DNA from: Candidatus Kapaibacterium sp.
Lineage (GTDB): Bacteria; Bacteroidota; Ignavibacteria; Kapaibacteriales; UBA2268
Reading direction: 5' to 3'
NCBI GenBank assembly: GCA_937995785.1
Contig: CALKJQ010000035.1
Coordinates: forward strand, 133 to 64,132
DNA: 64,000 nt
In this document: piece by piece, positions 10,311-20,233 of the stretch
How the letters are laid out: every line of letters begins with the position of its first letter
Position numbering within the stretch: the first letter of the stretch is position 1
The notes under the pieces: generated by a model
Told to the model about the DNA's origin: nothing
The model's database searches: none
What the model saw: only the letters and a program-made list of their open reading frames with translations
Made by a program: the position numbers and the translations under genes

Positions 10311-10345
10311 TATTTTGATTTTTTACAAATATTTGAGATTAAAGA

Positions 10346-11572
10346 TTGGATAAAATAATTAGTGTCTTGCCAAATGGAATAAAGTTAATCTATAACTTTT
10401 TTCCTGGTATTAAATCGTATGTTTTGAGCATAACATCAATGGCGGGTTCGCGTCAGGATTTTGAACAAAAAGATGGATTAGCCCATTTTGTGGAACATAT
10501 TTTATTTCGCCGAAATGCAGAATTTAACAATTCACAATTGGCTCGCGAATTCGAAAAAACAGGTACAATTTATAACGCTTTCACCGAACAAGAACTTACT
10601 TGTTTTTATCTAAAAGGATTAAATGAAAAGTTTGTTGACGTCTTTAATTTAATTTCCAAATTTTTTATTTGTCCTATATTCGATAAAAAAGATTTTGAAA
10701 AAGAAAAGCGGATTATCCTCGAAGAAATAAGATCCTACGAGGACGACCCCGAGGAATATATCCTCGATATTGGCAACGAATTGATTTTTCCGAATCATCC
10801 ACTCGGAAGGCTTATCACGGGAACAACACAATCTTTAATGAATATCACACTCGACGACATTAAAAATTATTTTGCAAATTACTATACCCCAAATAACTTA
10901 GTAGTTGCTTTCGTTGGCAATATTCCATTCGAACAAGTTGCCGAAGTCGTTAATAGTAAACTTGGAGAATTGATTCCCCGCCCAATAAATTCGAATAATA
11001 TTGATATTCCCAACAACATTGTCCCCAATAGGGATATTGCAAGGGATCTGGAGCAATCTCATTTTTTATATCAAATGAGAATGGATAATTTAACAGAAAA
11101 TCAATTACCAATGCTAAAATTATTTTCCTATTATCTTTCCGAAAGTCCTTCTTCGATTATCTACAATAGCCTTAGGGAAAAAAGTGGCTTGGTTTATAAT
11201 GTATTCACAAATGTCGAGCAGTTTTCGGACACAAATGTGCTCCAATTGTATTACGCAACACAAAAATCTAATTACGACAAAGCCCAAAAATTAATAAATG
11301 ATATTTTCGAAAAAATAAAATCTGGTAAAATCAACAAATCTCTTTTTCAACTAAGCAAAGGAGCATTGAAAGCCCAGCATATTTATCGTTTGGAGATACC
11401 CTACGAAATAATGATGAACGATATTAGAATTGAGTATCTCAACGGAAAATACTTATATAATAATTTTCTCGAGCAAATCGACAAAATTAAATACGATGCG
11501 TTTACTTTATTTGCTTCAGAATTACTATCCCGCAACGATTGGTCTTTGGTTCGATTATTGCAAACTGATTAA
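10346..11572 (+). CDS. M16 family zinc peptidase (insulinase-like); predicted TTG start
   Basis: HxxEH zinc motif (HFVEHILF). LPNGIKLIY N-terminus typical of M16. The codon at 10346 is TTG, and an in-frame TAA lies immediately upstream. Confidence 0.7.
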   Translation: MDKIISVLPNGIKLIYNFFPGIKSYVLSITSMAGSRQDFEQKDGLAHFVEHILFRRNAEFNNSQLAREFEKTGTIYNAFTEQELTCFYLKGLNEKFVDVFNLISKFFICPIFDKKDFEKEKRIILEEIRSYEDDPEEYILDIGNELIFPNHPLGRLITGTTQSLMNITLDDIKNYFANYYTPNNLVVAFVGNIPFEQVAEVVNSKLGELIPRPINSNNIDIPNNIVPNRDIARDLEQSHFLYQMRMDNLTENQLPMLKLFSYYLSESPSSIIYNSLREKSGLVYNVFTNVEQFSDTNVLQLYYATQKSNYDKAQKLINDIFEKIKSGKINKSLFQLSKGALKAQHIYRLEIPYEIMMNDIRIEYLNGKYLYNNFLEQIDKIKYDAFTLFASELLSRNDWSLVRLLQTD

Positions 11573-12067
11573 TTATCGTGATTGTTCCGCAATAAGCAAT
11601 TTCCTTGTGTATGCAATCAATCCACCTGCCTCGACAATAGCTCTGCGAGCTGCAGGAACGGGCACAATTTTATATTTTTTTCCTGTAGAAATATTTAATA
11701 AATAATCGTCGCCAATTTCTAATTCATCGCCCACCTCAGCTTCTATTTCGGGACATTCCACAGTTTTCAGACCGAGATTAATTGAATTTTGGAAGAAAAT
11801 TCTTGCAAAATTACGGGCAACTATTACTAAATTATGACCAACTAAGGTCGAAACCGCTTGCTCGCGCGAGGAACCCGTGCCAAAATTATTATCTGCAACA
11901 ATCACACGAGGCTGAGTTTTATCGCCTGAGTTCAATAAATTATTCAAATCGGGCATATCGGCAAAAGCATATTGTGGCGTTTCAGTTGGCAACACTGTTG
12001 CCATATATCTACCTGGATAAATATGGTCGGTCGAAATATCACTACCTAATTTATATATCACTTTCAT
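11573..12067 (-). CDS. leuD: 3-isopropylmalate/(homo)aconitate dehydratase small subunit
   Basis: 164 aa, short archaeal-type LeuD fold (ADNNFGTGSSREQA). Confidence 0.8.
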   Translation of the reverse strand: MKVIYKLGSDISTDHIYPGRYMATVLPTETPQYAFADMPDLNNLLNSGDKTQPRVIVADNNFGTGSSREQAVSTLVGHNLVIVARNFARIFFQNSINLGLKTVECPEIEAEVGDELEIGDDYLLNISTGKKYKIVPVPAARRAIVEAGGLIAYTRKLLIAEQSR

Positions 12068-12072
12068 TATTT

Positions 12073-13365
12073 TTACTCCATTATTTTTCGGGGATCTGTA
12101 ATTTTACCAAAAATGGCGGTTGCAGCAGCTGCTGCGGGTGAACCTAAGTAAACTTCGGCATCGGGATTGCCCATTCTGCCTTTGAAATTGCGATTGGTTG
12201 TCGAAAAAGCTCTTTCACCATCCCCCAAAGCACCTTGATGAATACCTAAGCAAGGACCACATCCAGGATTCATCACCACAGCACCAGCTTTAACAAACTC
12301 GGCGATATAGCCTTTTTCTAATGCTTCGTTATAAACTCGATAGGAGGCGGGAAACACAAGCATGCGAGTGTTCTTGGCGACTTTTTTACCTTTAATTATC
12401 TCGTATGCCTCCTTCAAATCGTCGATTCTCCCGTTCGTACAAGACCCGATAACCACTTGCTGAATATCCAAACCCTCAACTTCGCTAATTTTTACCACAT
12501 TATCGACGTGGTGGGGAGCTGCCACTTGTGGTTCTAAATCTGTAACATTAATTTCAACAATTTGATGATATGAAGCGTCATCGTCGGGCTTTACCATATC
12601 TATTTCGCCTTGATAATTTGCCACCTCGCGTAAATAACGAGAGGTTTCGGCGTCGGGTGCGATTATGCCAGCAGTTGCACCAGCTTCGACAGCCATATTA
12701 GAAATTACCAACCTTCCCGATGTATCCATTTTTTCGATAACCTCGCCCGCAAATTCTAAAACTTTGAAGTTTGCTCCTTGATTTGTTAATTTTCCAATCA
12801 AATTCAGAATTAAATCTTTGGCATAAACGCCTTTGGGCAATTTACCTTTGAATATTACTTTGATTGTTTGGGGAACTTCCACATTCAAAACCCTACCAAG
12901 AGCCCAAACCGAAGCCATTTCGGTTGCTCCAATCCCGAAAGCAAAAGTTCCCAATGCACCGTGAGTTGTGGTGTGGCTATCTGTTCCCACAACTACTCCA
13001 CCTGGCAGAACATAGCCGTTTTCGGGTAGGATTTGATGGCAAATTCCACCTTCATCTCCACGGATGTCGTGAAACTTTTCGATACCTTGTTCTTCTACAA
13101 ATTGCCTCACTAACTTTTGATTTGTAGCAGTTTTGCGGCTTTCTGCAGGAATGCGGTGGTCGAATATAATTGCAATTTTTGATGGATCCCACACTTTTAG
13201 TGGATTATCTAAACCATCGAAAATTTGCTTGAATTGGTTAATAACGAGTGCGGCATTTTCGTGCGACATAGCTAAACTTACTTTTGGTTCCACCACATCG
13301 CCAATTTCAACATAATTTTGTCCCGTAGCTTTTGCTAAAATTTTTTGGACTAATGTTTGTCCCAT
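12073..13365 (-). CDS. leuC: 3-isopropylmalate/(homo)aconitate dehydratase large subunit
   Basis: 430 aa. Aconitase-family Fe-S ligand motifs (GSCTNGR, PGCGPCLG). Adjacent to leuD. Confidence 0.85.
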   Translation of the reverse strand: MGQTLVQKILAKATGQNYVEIGDVVEPKVSLAMSHENAALVINQFKQIFDGLDNPLKVWDPSKIAIIFDHRIPAESRKTATNQKLVRQFVEEQGIEKFHDIRGDEGGICHQILPENGYVLPGGVVVGTDSHTTTHGALGTFAFGIGATEMASVWALGRVLNVEVPQTIKVIFKGKLPKGVYAKDLILNLIGKLTNQGANFKVLEFAGEVIEKMDTSGRLVISNMAVEAGATAGIIAPDAETSRYLREVANYQGEIDMVKPDDDASYHQIVEINVTDLEPQVAAPHHVDNVVKISEVEGLDIQQVVIGSCTNGRIDDLKEAYEIIKGKKVAKNTRMLVFPASYRVYNEALEKGYIAEFVKAGAVVMNPGCGPCLGIHQGALGDGERAFSTTNRNFKGRMGNPDAEVYLGSPAAAAATAIFGKITDPRKIME

Positions 13366-13432
13366 TTTATTTCACATTTTATTGAAATACAAAATTAACA
13401 AGAAATTAGATTGTAACCCATTGGTGATTTTA

Positions 13433-14512
13433 TTATTTTAAAAATTGCTTGGGAATATGCAGAACTTCCCGTCGGTTAGGATAGTTGGAGCGGAATTCAA
13501 TAAAATAAGATTTTATTTCTTCCTCGTTATTGGCATTAAAGTTTGTGAAGTCGATGTTATCGTTGCTAAAACCTCTGAAATAATCAAGAGTATTCATAAT
13601 TTCGTTTGTATTATTAAAATGTGAAATTGATTTTTTGGTTTCGTCCAATAATTCGTTCTGCAACAATGAAAAATTAACTTCGATTCCAAAGTGATTTCTG
13701 AAATGTTCCAACACCTGTATTGATGCTTTAATTTTTCCATCGTATGAATACCCGGCTATATGTGGGGTAGCAAGCATTGCTTTTCTGGCTATTTCCACAT
13801 CAAATAGTGGTTCGTTATCCCAAACATCGATAGCTAAAAAGATTGTTTTATTATTTAATAACTCCTTCAGATCACTTTGATTAACGATACCACCACGCGA
13901 AGAATGAATAAAAAGTGAATTTGGTTGCATTAATTCAAGCAAATTTCTATCAATAAGATTTTGTGTAGGATAATTTCCGAATTTGTTGAGTGGAACGTGG
14001 TTTGTGATAATATCGCAACTCCCAAAAATTTCCACCAAATCGGCATATTGCACGTATTTAGGAAAATCGAATTTCTGGTCTTTTAGGGGTGGGTCGTTCA
14101 CTAAAACCTCAATTCCTAACAGATGTGAATAATGAGCAACTAATTTACCAATATTTCCGAATCCAATAATTCCAATTTTTGAATTAATAGTTTTCTTGTT
14201 TGTAATATCTAAATATTTACAAATAGAAAAAATAACATATTCGGCGACCGAATTGGCATTACTGCCCGGTGCGGAATAATGCGGGATGCCGCTCTCTATA
14301 TGATCTGTTCCAGATGTGGCAGTAGCAATGAATTCCACGGAAGTGCCTTTAAGTAGTTCATTTGTGATTTTTTCGTTCGATCTAATAAAAATGGCATTAA
14401 TTTTGTTGTTGATTAAAAATAATTTAGAAAAATAATCATTAAACATTATTTCACAAAAATCAGGTAATGATTCTTTTAAAAAATATATTTTTTTATTTGA
14501 ATATATTTTCAT
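13433..14512 (-). CDS. D-isomer-specific 2-hydroxyacid dehydrogenase (possibly erythronate-4-phosphate dehydrogenase-like)
   Basis: NAD-binding GxGxxG (IGIIGFGNIGK). Catalytic region with the HIAGYS motif. 359 aa. Confidence 0.6.
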   Translation of the reverse strand: MKIYSNKKIYFLKESLPDFCEIMFNDYFSKLFLINNKINAIFIRSNEKITNELLKGTSVEFIATATSGTDHIESGIPHYSAPGSNANSVAEYVIFSICKYLDITNKKTINSKIGIIGFGNIGKLVAHYSHLLGIEVLVNDPPLKDQKFDFPKYVQYADLVEIFGSCDIITNHVPLNKFGNYPTQNLIDRNLLELMQPNSLFIHSSRGGIVNQSDLKELLNNKTIFLAIDVWDNEPLFDVEIARKAMLATPHIAGYSYDGKIKASIQVLEHFRNHFGIEVNFSLLQNELLDETKKSISHFNNTNEIMNTLDYFRGFSNDNIDFTNFNANNEEEIKSYFIEFRSNYPNRREVLHIPKQFLK

Positions 14513-14588
14513 CTTTTTTTCTTTAATTTTGTGAATAATTGATTAATTACATTAATGCAAAAATACTAAATTGGAGTAACTAACCAAT

Positions 14589-14996
14589 ATGAGGATTCTC
14601 GTCGTAGAAGATTTACTTGTAATGAGAAGGCTGATAGTCAACACTCTAAAGTCGGTTGGTTACACAGATTTGCTACAAGCAACAAATGGCGAAGAAGCTT
14701 TGGAACTAATTGTCAATCCAGATAGTAAAATTGAATTTGTGATAACTGATTGGCTTATGCCCGTTATGGATGGGATTACTTTAGTTAAATTCCTTAGGGC
14801 AAACCCCGAAACCAAGGACATACCCGTTATAATGCTCACATCAATGAACGACAAAGATAGTATTGTCGAAGCAGTTAAATATAATGTTAATGATTATGTT
14901 GTGAAACCCTTCACTCCCAAATTGCTTCAATCAAAAATCGAAAGTGTTCTTAACCGCATCAAATTTAATTTAAGCCCCAATAAACCATTAGTTTAA
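14589..14996 (+). CDS. Single-domain response regulator (CheY-like receiver)
   Basis: Receiver motifs DWLMPVMDG and the K in VVKPF. 135 aa. Confidence 0.75.
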   Translation: MRILVVEDLLVMRRLIVNTLKSVGYTDLLQATNGEEALELIVNPDSKIEFVITDWLMPVMDGITLVKFLRANPETKDIPVIMLTSMNDKDSIVEAVKYNVNDYVVKPFTPKLLQSKIESVLNRIKFNLSPNKPLV

Positions 14997-16268
14997 GATA
15001 TACTGACCAAATAAATTACGGATATGTTTATCCAACTCAGTTTGAAAATTAATTGTTAAATTTGTCCCTACATCTGTATCTTTTCTATCTATTACTTTGC
15101 AAATACTGTAGATTTTGTTCAATTCAGAATTTTTCTCATAAGGAACGAATAATTCGAGATTATTGCTTAATCTATCATATTCATTTTCCATTTGATTTAA
15201 TAATTCCGAAATATTCATATTCTTTTTTGCAGATACAAAAACAGCATTTGGATATTCACCTTTTATCTGTTTTATATGTTCTAAATGTTCTAATCTGTCG
15301 ATTTTATTAAAAACGTAAATTATCGGTTTATCTTTAATATTCAAGTCGTTTAATGTATCGACAACTGTACTAATATGTTTGCTAAAGTTATTATCGGAAG
15401 AATCGATAACTATCAGAATAACATCACTTTCGGAAGCCTCGGCAAGAGTTGAGCGGAACGAAGCCACCAGATGGTGAGGTAGATTCCGAATAAAACCCAC
15501 GGTATCACTCAGCAAACCAATCTTCCCACTTGGCAGTGTTATTTGTCTTACGACAGTCGATAGAGTTGCAAACAATTTATCTTCAACATAAACTCCCGCA
15601 TTGGTCAATGAATTCATAAGGGTTGATTTGCCCGCATTGGTATATCCAACGAGGGCAAATCGTGGAGTTCCATGGCGGCTTTTTCGTTGTTCAAAGTTTT
15701 GTGTATCTATCGTTTTTAATTTTTCTTTCAATATTTGAATGCGTTTGCGAATTATCCGTCGGTCAGTCTCTATTTGGGTTTCGCCGGGTCCTTTGGTGCC
15801 AACTCCGCCATATTGTTTGGATAGGTGAGTCCACATCCTGGATAATCGTGGAAGTAAATATAAATTTTGAGCCAATTCTACTTGCAATTGCGCTTCTAAT
15901 GTTTTGGCATTTTTTGCAAAAATATCCAAGATAATACTACTTCTGTCGAGAATTTTGACTTTTAACGCATTCGATAAGTTCCTCACTTGGACGGGGGTTA
16001 GTTCATTATCAAAAACAACCATCGAGGCTTGATGTTCTTCTATCAATAGTGCCAATTCTTCAACTTTTCCTTTTCCAAACAAAGTAGCAACACTTGGGGT
16101 TTGCAATTCTTGATAGACTTTCTCGACAACTTCTGCTCCAGCGGTATCGACCAATAACCCAAGTTCTTCCAAATTATCCATAGCCTCGTCTCTATTACTA
16201 CCTTTTTGGATAAAAATTGCAATAATTGCCTTTTCCTTTTTATTCTCTATTTCGTGAATCTGCTTCAT
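14988..16268 (-). CDS. hflX: GTPase HflX
   Basis: N-terminal HflX domain. G-domain motifs GYTNAGKST, DTVGF and NKID. Confidence 0.85.
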   Translation of the reverse strand: MKQIHEIENKKEKAIIAIFIQKGSNRDEAMDNLEELGLLVDTAGAEVVEKVYQELQTPSVATLFGKGKVEELALLIEEHQASMVVFDNELTPVQVRNLSNALKVKILDRSSIILDIFAKNAKTLEAQLQVELAQNLYLLPRLSRMWTHLSKQYGGVGTKGPGETQIETDRRIIRKRIQILKEKLKTIDTQNFEQRKSRHGTPRFALVGYTNAGKSTLMNSLTNAGVYVEDKLFATLSTVVRQITLPSGKIGLLSDTVGFIRNLPHHLVASFRSTLAEASESDVILIVIDSSDNNFSKHISTVVDTLNDLNIKDKPIIYVFNKIDRLEHLEHIKQIKGEYPNAVFVSAKKNMNISELLNQMENEYDRLSNNLELFVPYEKNSELNKIYSICKVIDRKDTDVGTNLTINFQTELDKHIRNLFGQYILN

Positions 16269-16404
16269 TAATCTTTTTAAAAACTAATAGACTTATCAAA
16301 CTGCAAAATTATTGCATAATTTGATTGTTTTACATTAAATAATTGCAACTTATAGGATTTAATTTCGTAGTAACTAAAAAAAATCTGCAATTTTCGAGGA
16401 AAAT

Positions 16405-16599
16405 ATGAAAAAAGAAGTACAAACTAAAGTCGAGTGCCACGGAGCATCGGGAGCAATTTATTTTTTTGGTATTGTTGGCTCTGCAATTTATTATATTTCG
16501 TCGGCAAGTGGTTTTTGGATGGGCGCTATTGGAATTCTAAAATCCTTTTTCTGGCCCGGTTTTATGGTATATGAATTAATGAAATATCTTAAAATTTGA
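16405..16599 (+). CDS. Small hydrophobic membrane protein (64 aa), hypothetical
   Basis: Two predicted TM helices; Gly/Ala-rich. Sits between HflX and the PspA pair. Confidence 0.3.
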   Translation: MKKEVQTKVECHGASGAIYFFGIVGSAIYYISSASGFWMGAIGILKSFFWPGFMVYELMKYLKI

Positions 16600-16718
16600 T
16601 ATGTAAAATTTTCTCATCAATATAGATTTCTAAATGCCGGAAAATAGCCTTCCTTCACCGTGAGGTGAGGACTTGGGGGTAGATCCCTATAATATGCTGC
16701 GATTTGTCTTTGAAATGT

Positions 16719-16759
16719 AAAAAAACTTTCGAGATGTTTTATGTCTCGAAAGTTTTTGA
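16719..16759. terminator. Bidirectional rho-independent terminator
   Basis: AAAAA-AACTTTCGAGA-TGTTTTATG-TCTCGAAAGTT-TTTT: a perfect 11-bp stem flanked by an A-run and a T-run. Confidence 0.75.
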
Positions 16760-16792
16760 TTAAAGGCTTTATTATAAATTTAACTTTTCGGA

Positions 16793-17272
16793 TTATACTT
16801 CGGCGGTTACGTCTTGGGCTTTTTTACCACCAAACTTAGCAACAATTTCATCATCGTAATAATCCGCAATTATCGCTACTGAGTTTAGAGCAGTGCGGAA
16901 TTCATTCTCGTCCAAATTCTTGCCTGCAATCGAGTAACTAAATATTACCGTATCGTCGAAAAGTAAGCCAAAACCACCAAAATGTAATTCAGTATTCTTT
17001 CGTAGTAGAAAATACATCAAATCGGGATTTACATTTGTTTCGTAAACCACATTGGAAATAAATTCCACTATGGTATCGTCCTCGGTGAAAGGACGAACTA
17101 CAACCATAACTTGTGAGGAACCTCTTTTAATAGTAAAAGTAAAATCATCAAAAGCAACATAATCGGGATAAAGTTGTTTTAAAAAATTGGTAACTTTTTC
17201 GGCTGTAGAATTCAAAATTTCGATATCTGTATTCATTTTATTTTCCTTTGTTAAATTATTAATATTGTCCAT
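16793..17272 (-). CDS. YbjN-like (putative sensory-transduction regulator / T3SS-chaperone-like) protein
   Basis: About 150 aa acidic protein with a YbjN-like pattern. Immediately downstream of pspA on the same strand. Confidence 0.45.
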   Translation of the reverse strand: MDNINNLTKENKMNTDIEILNSTAEKVTNFLKQLYPDYVAFDDFTFTIKRGSSQVMVVVRPFTEDDTIVEFISNVVYETNVNPDLMYFLLRKNTELHFGGFGLLFDDTVIFSYSIAGKNLDENEFRTALNSVAIIADYYDDEIVAKFGGKKAQDVTAEV

Positions 17273-17281
17273 AAGTCCACC

Positions 17282-17962
17282 TTAGTTTTCATCACTTTTT
17301 GGTAATAAACCCATTTTGGCTTTCAAAGCAAGTAAATCCGAATCGACCGAGGAGGATTCCAATTGCTTGAATTGTTCGTCTAAACTTGTGTTTTCGCCCG
17401 CAAGCTGCTCGAAAGCAACGGCTTCGGCTTCTAATTTCTCGATTTTTTGTTCAAACTTATCGAATTTTGAGAATGCGTCGCTACCCACACCGCTCATTGC
17501 TTGTGCAATTTGTTTTTGGGCTTTGGCGGCTTGGCTTCGGGCAATTAATGTGCTCTGACGCATACGGGCTTCGTCGAGCTTTGCCTTCAATTTATCGAGT
17601 TGTATGCGTAAGTTGGCTGTTGTGGCTTTGGCTTGCTCATAGAGCGGCACTAAATCGGTTTGGTTTCTGTCCGCAAGAGCTTTTCTTTCGAGTGCGGCTT
17701 TTGCCAAGTCGTCTCTGGATGCTGTTAGTGCTTGCATTGCTTTGCTTTCCCATTCAGTTGAGTCTTTGCGAGCTTTTTCGAGTTTTTTCTGTAAACTAAC
17801 TTCGTTTGCTATTGCTTGGGCTACTGCAAGTGTGGTTTTATTGACGGATTCTTCCATCTCTATAACCATTTGTTTAATCATTTTCTCGGGGTCTTCGGCT
17901 TTGTCGAGGATGTCGTTAATGTTTGCTTTAAAAATATCAGTAATTCGTGCAAAAATTCCCAT
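17282..17962 (-). CDS. pspA: PspA/IM30 family protein (phage shock protein A)
   Basis: N-terminus MGIFARITDIFKANINDILDKAEDPEKMIKQMV is the canonical PspA start. Long coiled-coil. Confidence 0.8.
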   Translation of the reverse strand: MGIFARITDIFKANINDILDKAEDPEKMIKQMVIEMEESVNKTTLAVAQAIANEVSLQKKLEKARKDSTEWESKAMQALTASRDDLAKAALERKALADRNQTDLVPLYEQAKATTANLRIQLDKLKAKLDEARMRQSTLIARSQAAKAQKQIAQAMSGVGSDAFSKFDKFEQKIEKLEAEAVAFEQLAGENTSLDEQFKQLESSSVDSDLLALKAKMGLLPKSDEN

Positions 17963-18036
17963 TATTATTCTCCTAAATAAAAATTACTTAATTTTGTAAA
18001 TACATATACGAAATTTACTAAAAAATAGTTAAAGAA

Positions 18037-18384
18037 ATGTTCAATAAAAATCTTTTTGACGATTTTATCAATAAAATCCCTAACATTAAGGAAAAAACTG
18101 ACGAAATAAGAGCAAAGTCAGAGGACTTTATTCACCAGGAATCTGGTGCTGCGGGAATGGTTATTGTTAGAATGCACGGTTCGCGCAAAATTGTTTCCAT
18201 CGAAATATCCGACGAGCTCATTGCGATGAACGACAAAACAATGATGACCGATATTCTAAAAGCAACAATTAATTCTGCTATCGACAAAGTGCAAATTGAG
18301 TTCGACCAACGATTTAATAAAGCTATGGCTGAATTTTTCTTACAAAATGTCAATCCATCTCAACTATTCTCTGATAACAAGTAA
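18037..18384 (+). CDS. ybaB: Nucleoid-associated protein YbaB/EbfC
   Basis: 115 aa. Conserved ybaB-recR gene pair. Confidence 0.8.
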   Translation: MFNKNLFDDFINKIPNIKEKTDEIRAKSEDFIHQESGAAGMVIVRMHGSRKIVSIEISDELIAMNDKTMMTDILKATINSAIDKVQIEFDQRFNKAMAEFFLQNVNPSQLFSDNK

Positions 18385-18386
18385 TT

Positions 18387-18980
18387 ATGATATATTCCTC
18401 CCAAAATATCGAGAAATTGGTAAACATTCTCTCCTCATTACCAACTATTGGCAAAAAAACTGCTCAAAGGCTTTCCTATTACTTAGTGAAGGCAGATACA
18501 GACTTCTTGGAAACTTTTGCACATACATTATTAGAGCTGAAGAATAAAGTTAAGTTATGTAAAATATGCTTTAACTACTCCGACGAAGAAGTATGCCCAA
18601 TTTGTCAGTCCGAAAAACGCAAGAAAAATACTATTTGTGTGGTGGAAGAACCGAATGATGTGATTGCAATCGAAAAAACTAATGAATTTAATGGTGTTTA
18701 TCACGTTCTGCACGGCGTTATAAGTCCGTTAGATGGAATTGGTGCAAACGATATTAAAGTAAAGGAATTGGTGCAAAGAATTCAGAATGTGGACGAGGTG
18801 ATATTAGCCTTAAATCCAAGTATCGAAGGCGAGACTACTTCGCAATATATTGCTAAACTTCTGCGACCTTTCGATATTAAAATCACCAGAATTGCAAGCG
18901 GTGTTCCAATGGGTTCGTCCTTAGAGTTCACCGATGAATTAACTCTATCGAGGGCTTTGCACAGCAGAGTGCCTATTTAA
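18387..18980 (+). CDS. recR: Recombination protein RecR
   Basis: HhH motif (LPTIGKKTAQRL), C4 zinc finger (CKICFN...CPICQ) and Toprim domain. Confidence 0.9.
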   Translation: MIYSSQNIEKLVNILSSLPTIGKKTAQRLSYYLVKADTDFLETFAHTLLELKNKVKLCKICFNYSDEEVCPICQSEKRKKNTICVVEEPNDVIAIEKTNEFNGVYHVLHGVISPLDGIGANDIKVKELVQRIQNVDEVILALNPSIEGETTSQYIAKLLRPFDIKITRIASGVPMGSSLEFTDELTLSRALHSRVPI

Positions 18981-19438
18981 CTTTTCATTTTGTTGATTAT
19001 TGCAGTCGAGGATTTTCCTTTAATATATTCAATTGTAACAACATTGCCACCATTTTGTTGGACGAAGTCGGCACCTACTATTTCTTCTATTTTATAGTCG
19101 GCTCCTTTAACCAATACATCGGGATTAATAATCTTTATTAATTCTAACGGCGTTTCCTCGTCAAAAAGTACTACTACATCCACGGGTTTTAGTGCATCCA
19201 AAACAATTGCTCGGTCGTGTTGATTATTGATTGGACGATTATTTCCTTTTAATCTCCGAACTGAATCGTCTGTGTTTAAGCCTATAATCAATACATCGCC
19301 GAGTTTTTTTGCTTCGGTTAGGTAGTGAATATGCCCCGAATGAATAACGTCAAAACATCCATTTGTAAAAACTATTTTCTTTGAATGTAGCTTTAATTCC
19401 AATGCTACTCTACTTATTGTATCGCGAGATAACAACAT
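18977..19438 (-). CDS. rfaE: D-glycero-beta-D-manno-heptose-1-phosphate adenylyltransferase (RfaE domain II-like cytidylyltransferase)
   Basis: FTNGCFDVIHSGHIHYL nucleotidyltransferase HxGH motif. 153 aa. Confidence 0.8.
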   Translation of the reverse strand: MLLSRDTISRVALELKLHSKKIVFTNGCFDVIHSGHIHYLTEAKKLGDVLIIGLNTDDSVRRLKGNNRPINNQHDRAIVLDALKPVDVVVLFDEETPLELIKIINPDVLVKGADYKIEEIVGADFVQQNGGNVVTIEYIKGKSSTAIINKMKS

Positions 19439-19445
19439 AATTAAC

Positions 19446-20123
19446 CTATTGGATTACGATTCGTTTTCTGATGTACTTACTGTTACCAATGCGAACTTCG
19501 GCAATATAGTCGCCCGAAATCATTCGTCGTCCAAATTCGTCGCGAAAATTCCAAGTAATTTCGTAACTTCCCGGCACTTGCCTACCCTTAAACAAGGTTG
19601 CAATTACCATGGCTTGCATCGAATAGATGACAATTTCAATATCGTTTGGCGCATCCAATGTGTATCTTATTTCCGGTCCAACGTCTTCGACTATTCCCAG
19701 AAACTTTCCAATTAAATCCAATGGAACTCTAAGTCCGCTTTGAGGATAGCTCAAGCCCGTTGGTAACCTTAAACCAGCGGCTATTGCTTCTTGGCGTTGA
19801 ACTATTTCCTCGCCCGAGGGCTTGAATGCTTGGGAAGGTACTGCCGAAAGACTTCGCATAGCAAGTTGGTAGGGCAGTTCGTCGGAACGCTTTGTTAACT
19901 TTTCCCATAAGTCGTCAGTTAGAGATAAATTGTACTGAAACAGCGACCTTGCCGTTACGCCAAGCTTCGAATATACCTTAAAAACTGAATCTTGTATTTG
20001 ACGATACAAAGTAGTGTCCCCAATAGGTAACTTGGTATTGGAGGGATAATAAACATCACTTTTCAGGTAGTTCAACCCCAAAAGTATAACAATTAAAATT
20101 ATGATTATGTTTGTTTTTTTCAC
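19446..20123 (-). CDS. Secreted hypothetical protein with C-terminal FlgD-Ig-like domain
   Basis: Signal peptide. C-terminal G.YEITWNFRDEFGRRMISGDYIAEVRIG pattern. Confidence 0.5.
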   Translation of the reverse strand: MKKTNIIIILIVILLGLNYLKSDVYYPSNTKLPIGDTTLYRQIQDSVFKVYSKLGVTARSLFQYNLSLTDDLWEKLTKRSDELPYQLAMRSLSAVPSQAFKPSGEEIVQRQEAIAAGLRLPTGLSYPQSGLRVPLDLIGKFLGIVEDVGPEIRYTLDAPNDIEIVIYSMQAMVIATLFKGRQVPGSYEITWNFRDEFGRRMISGDYIAEVRIGNSKYIRKRIVIQ

Positions 20124-20233
20124 AAGTAAATATATTTTACTTAATAACGATTTTTTATTTAATTAATTACTAAATTTAGTAAAATTTCGTTTTATACAAT
20201 CTATTTCATTCATAAATTTTAATAAGGTTACTT

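Noticed and set aside
10049-10318. 89-aa ORF spanning the WG-repeat gene's 3' end and the intergenic region
   Set aside because: Overlaps the better-supported WG-repeat CDS and the M16 promoter region. No independent support.
16298-16324. Possible promoter TTGCATAATTTG upstream of the small membrane ORF
   Set aside because: It matches only a 7-mer (TAATTTG), one T short of the TAnnTTTG consensus, and is about 80 bp from the ATG. Too weak to list as a feature.
17316-17999. Several 80 to 137-aa plus-strand ORFs overlapping pspA
   Set aside because: Antisense to pspA, whose canonical N-terminus and coiled-coil make it the real gene. Cys/Leu-rich translations with no domain.
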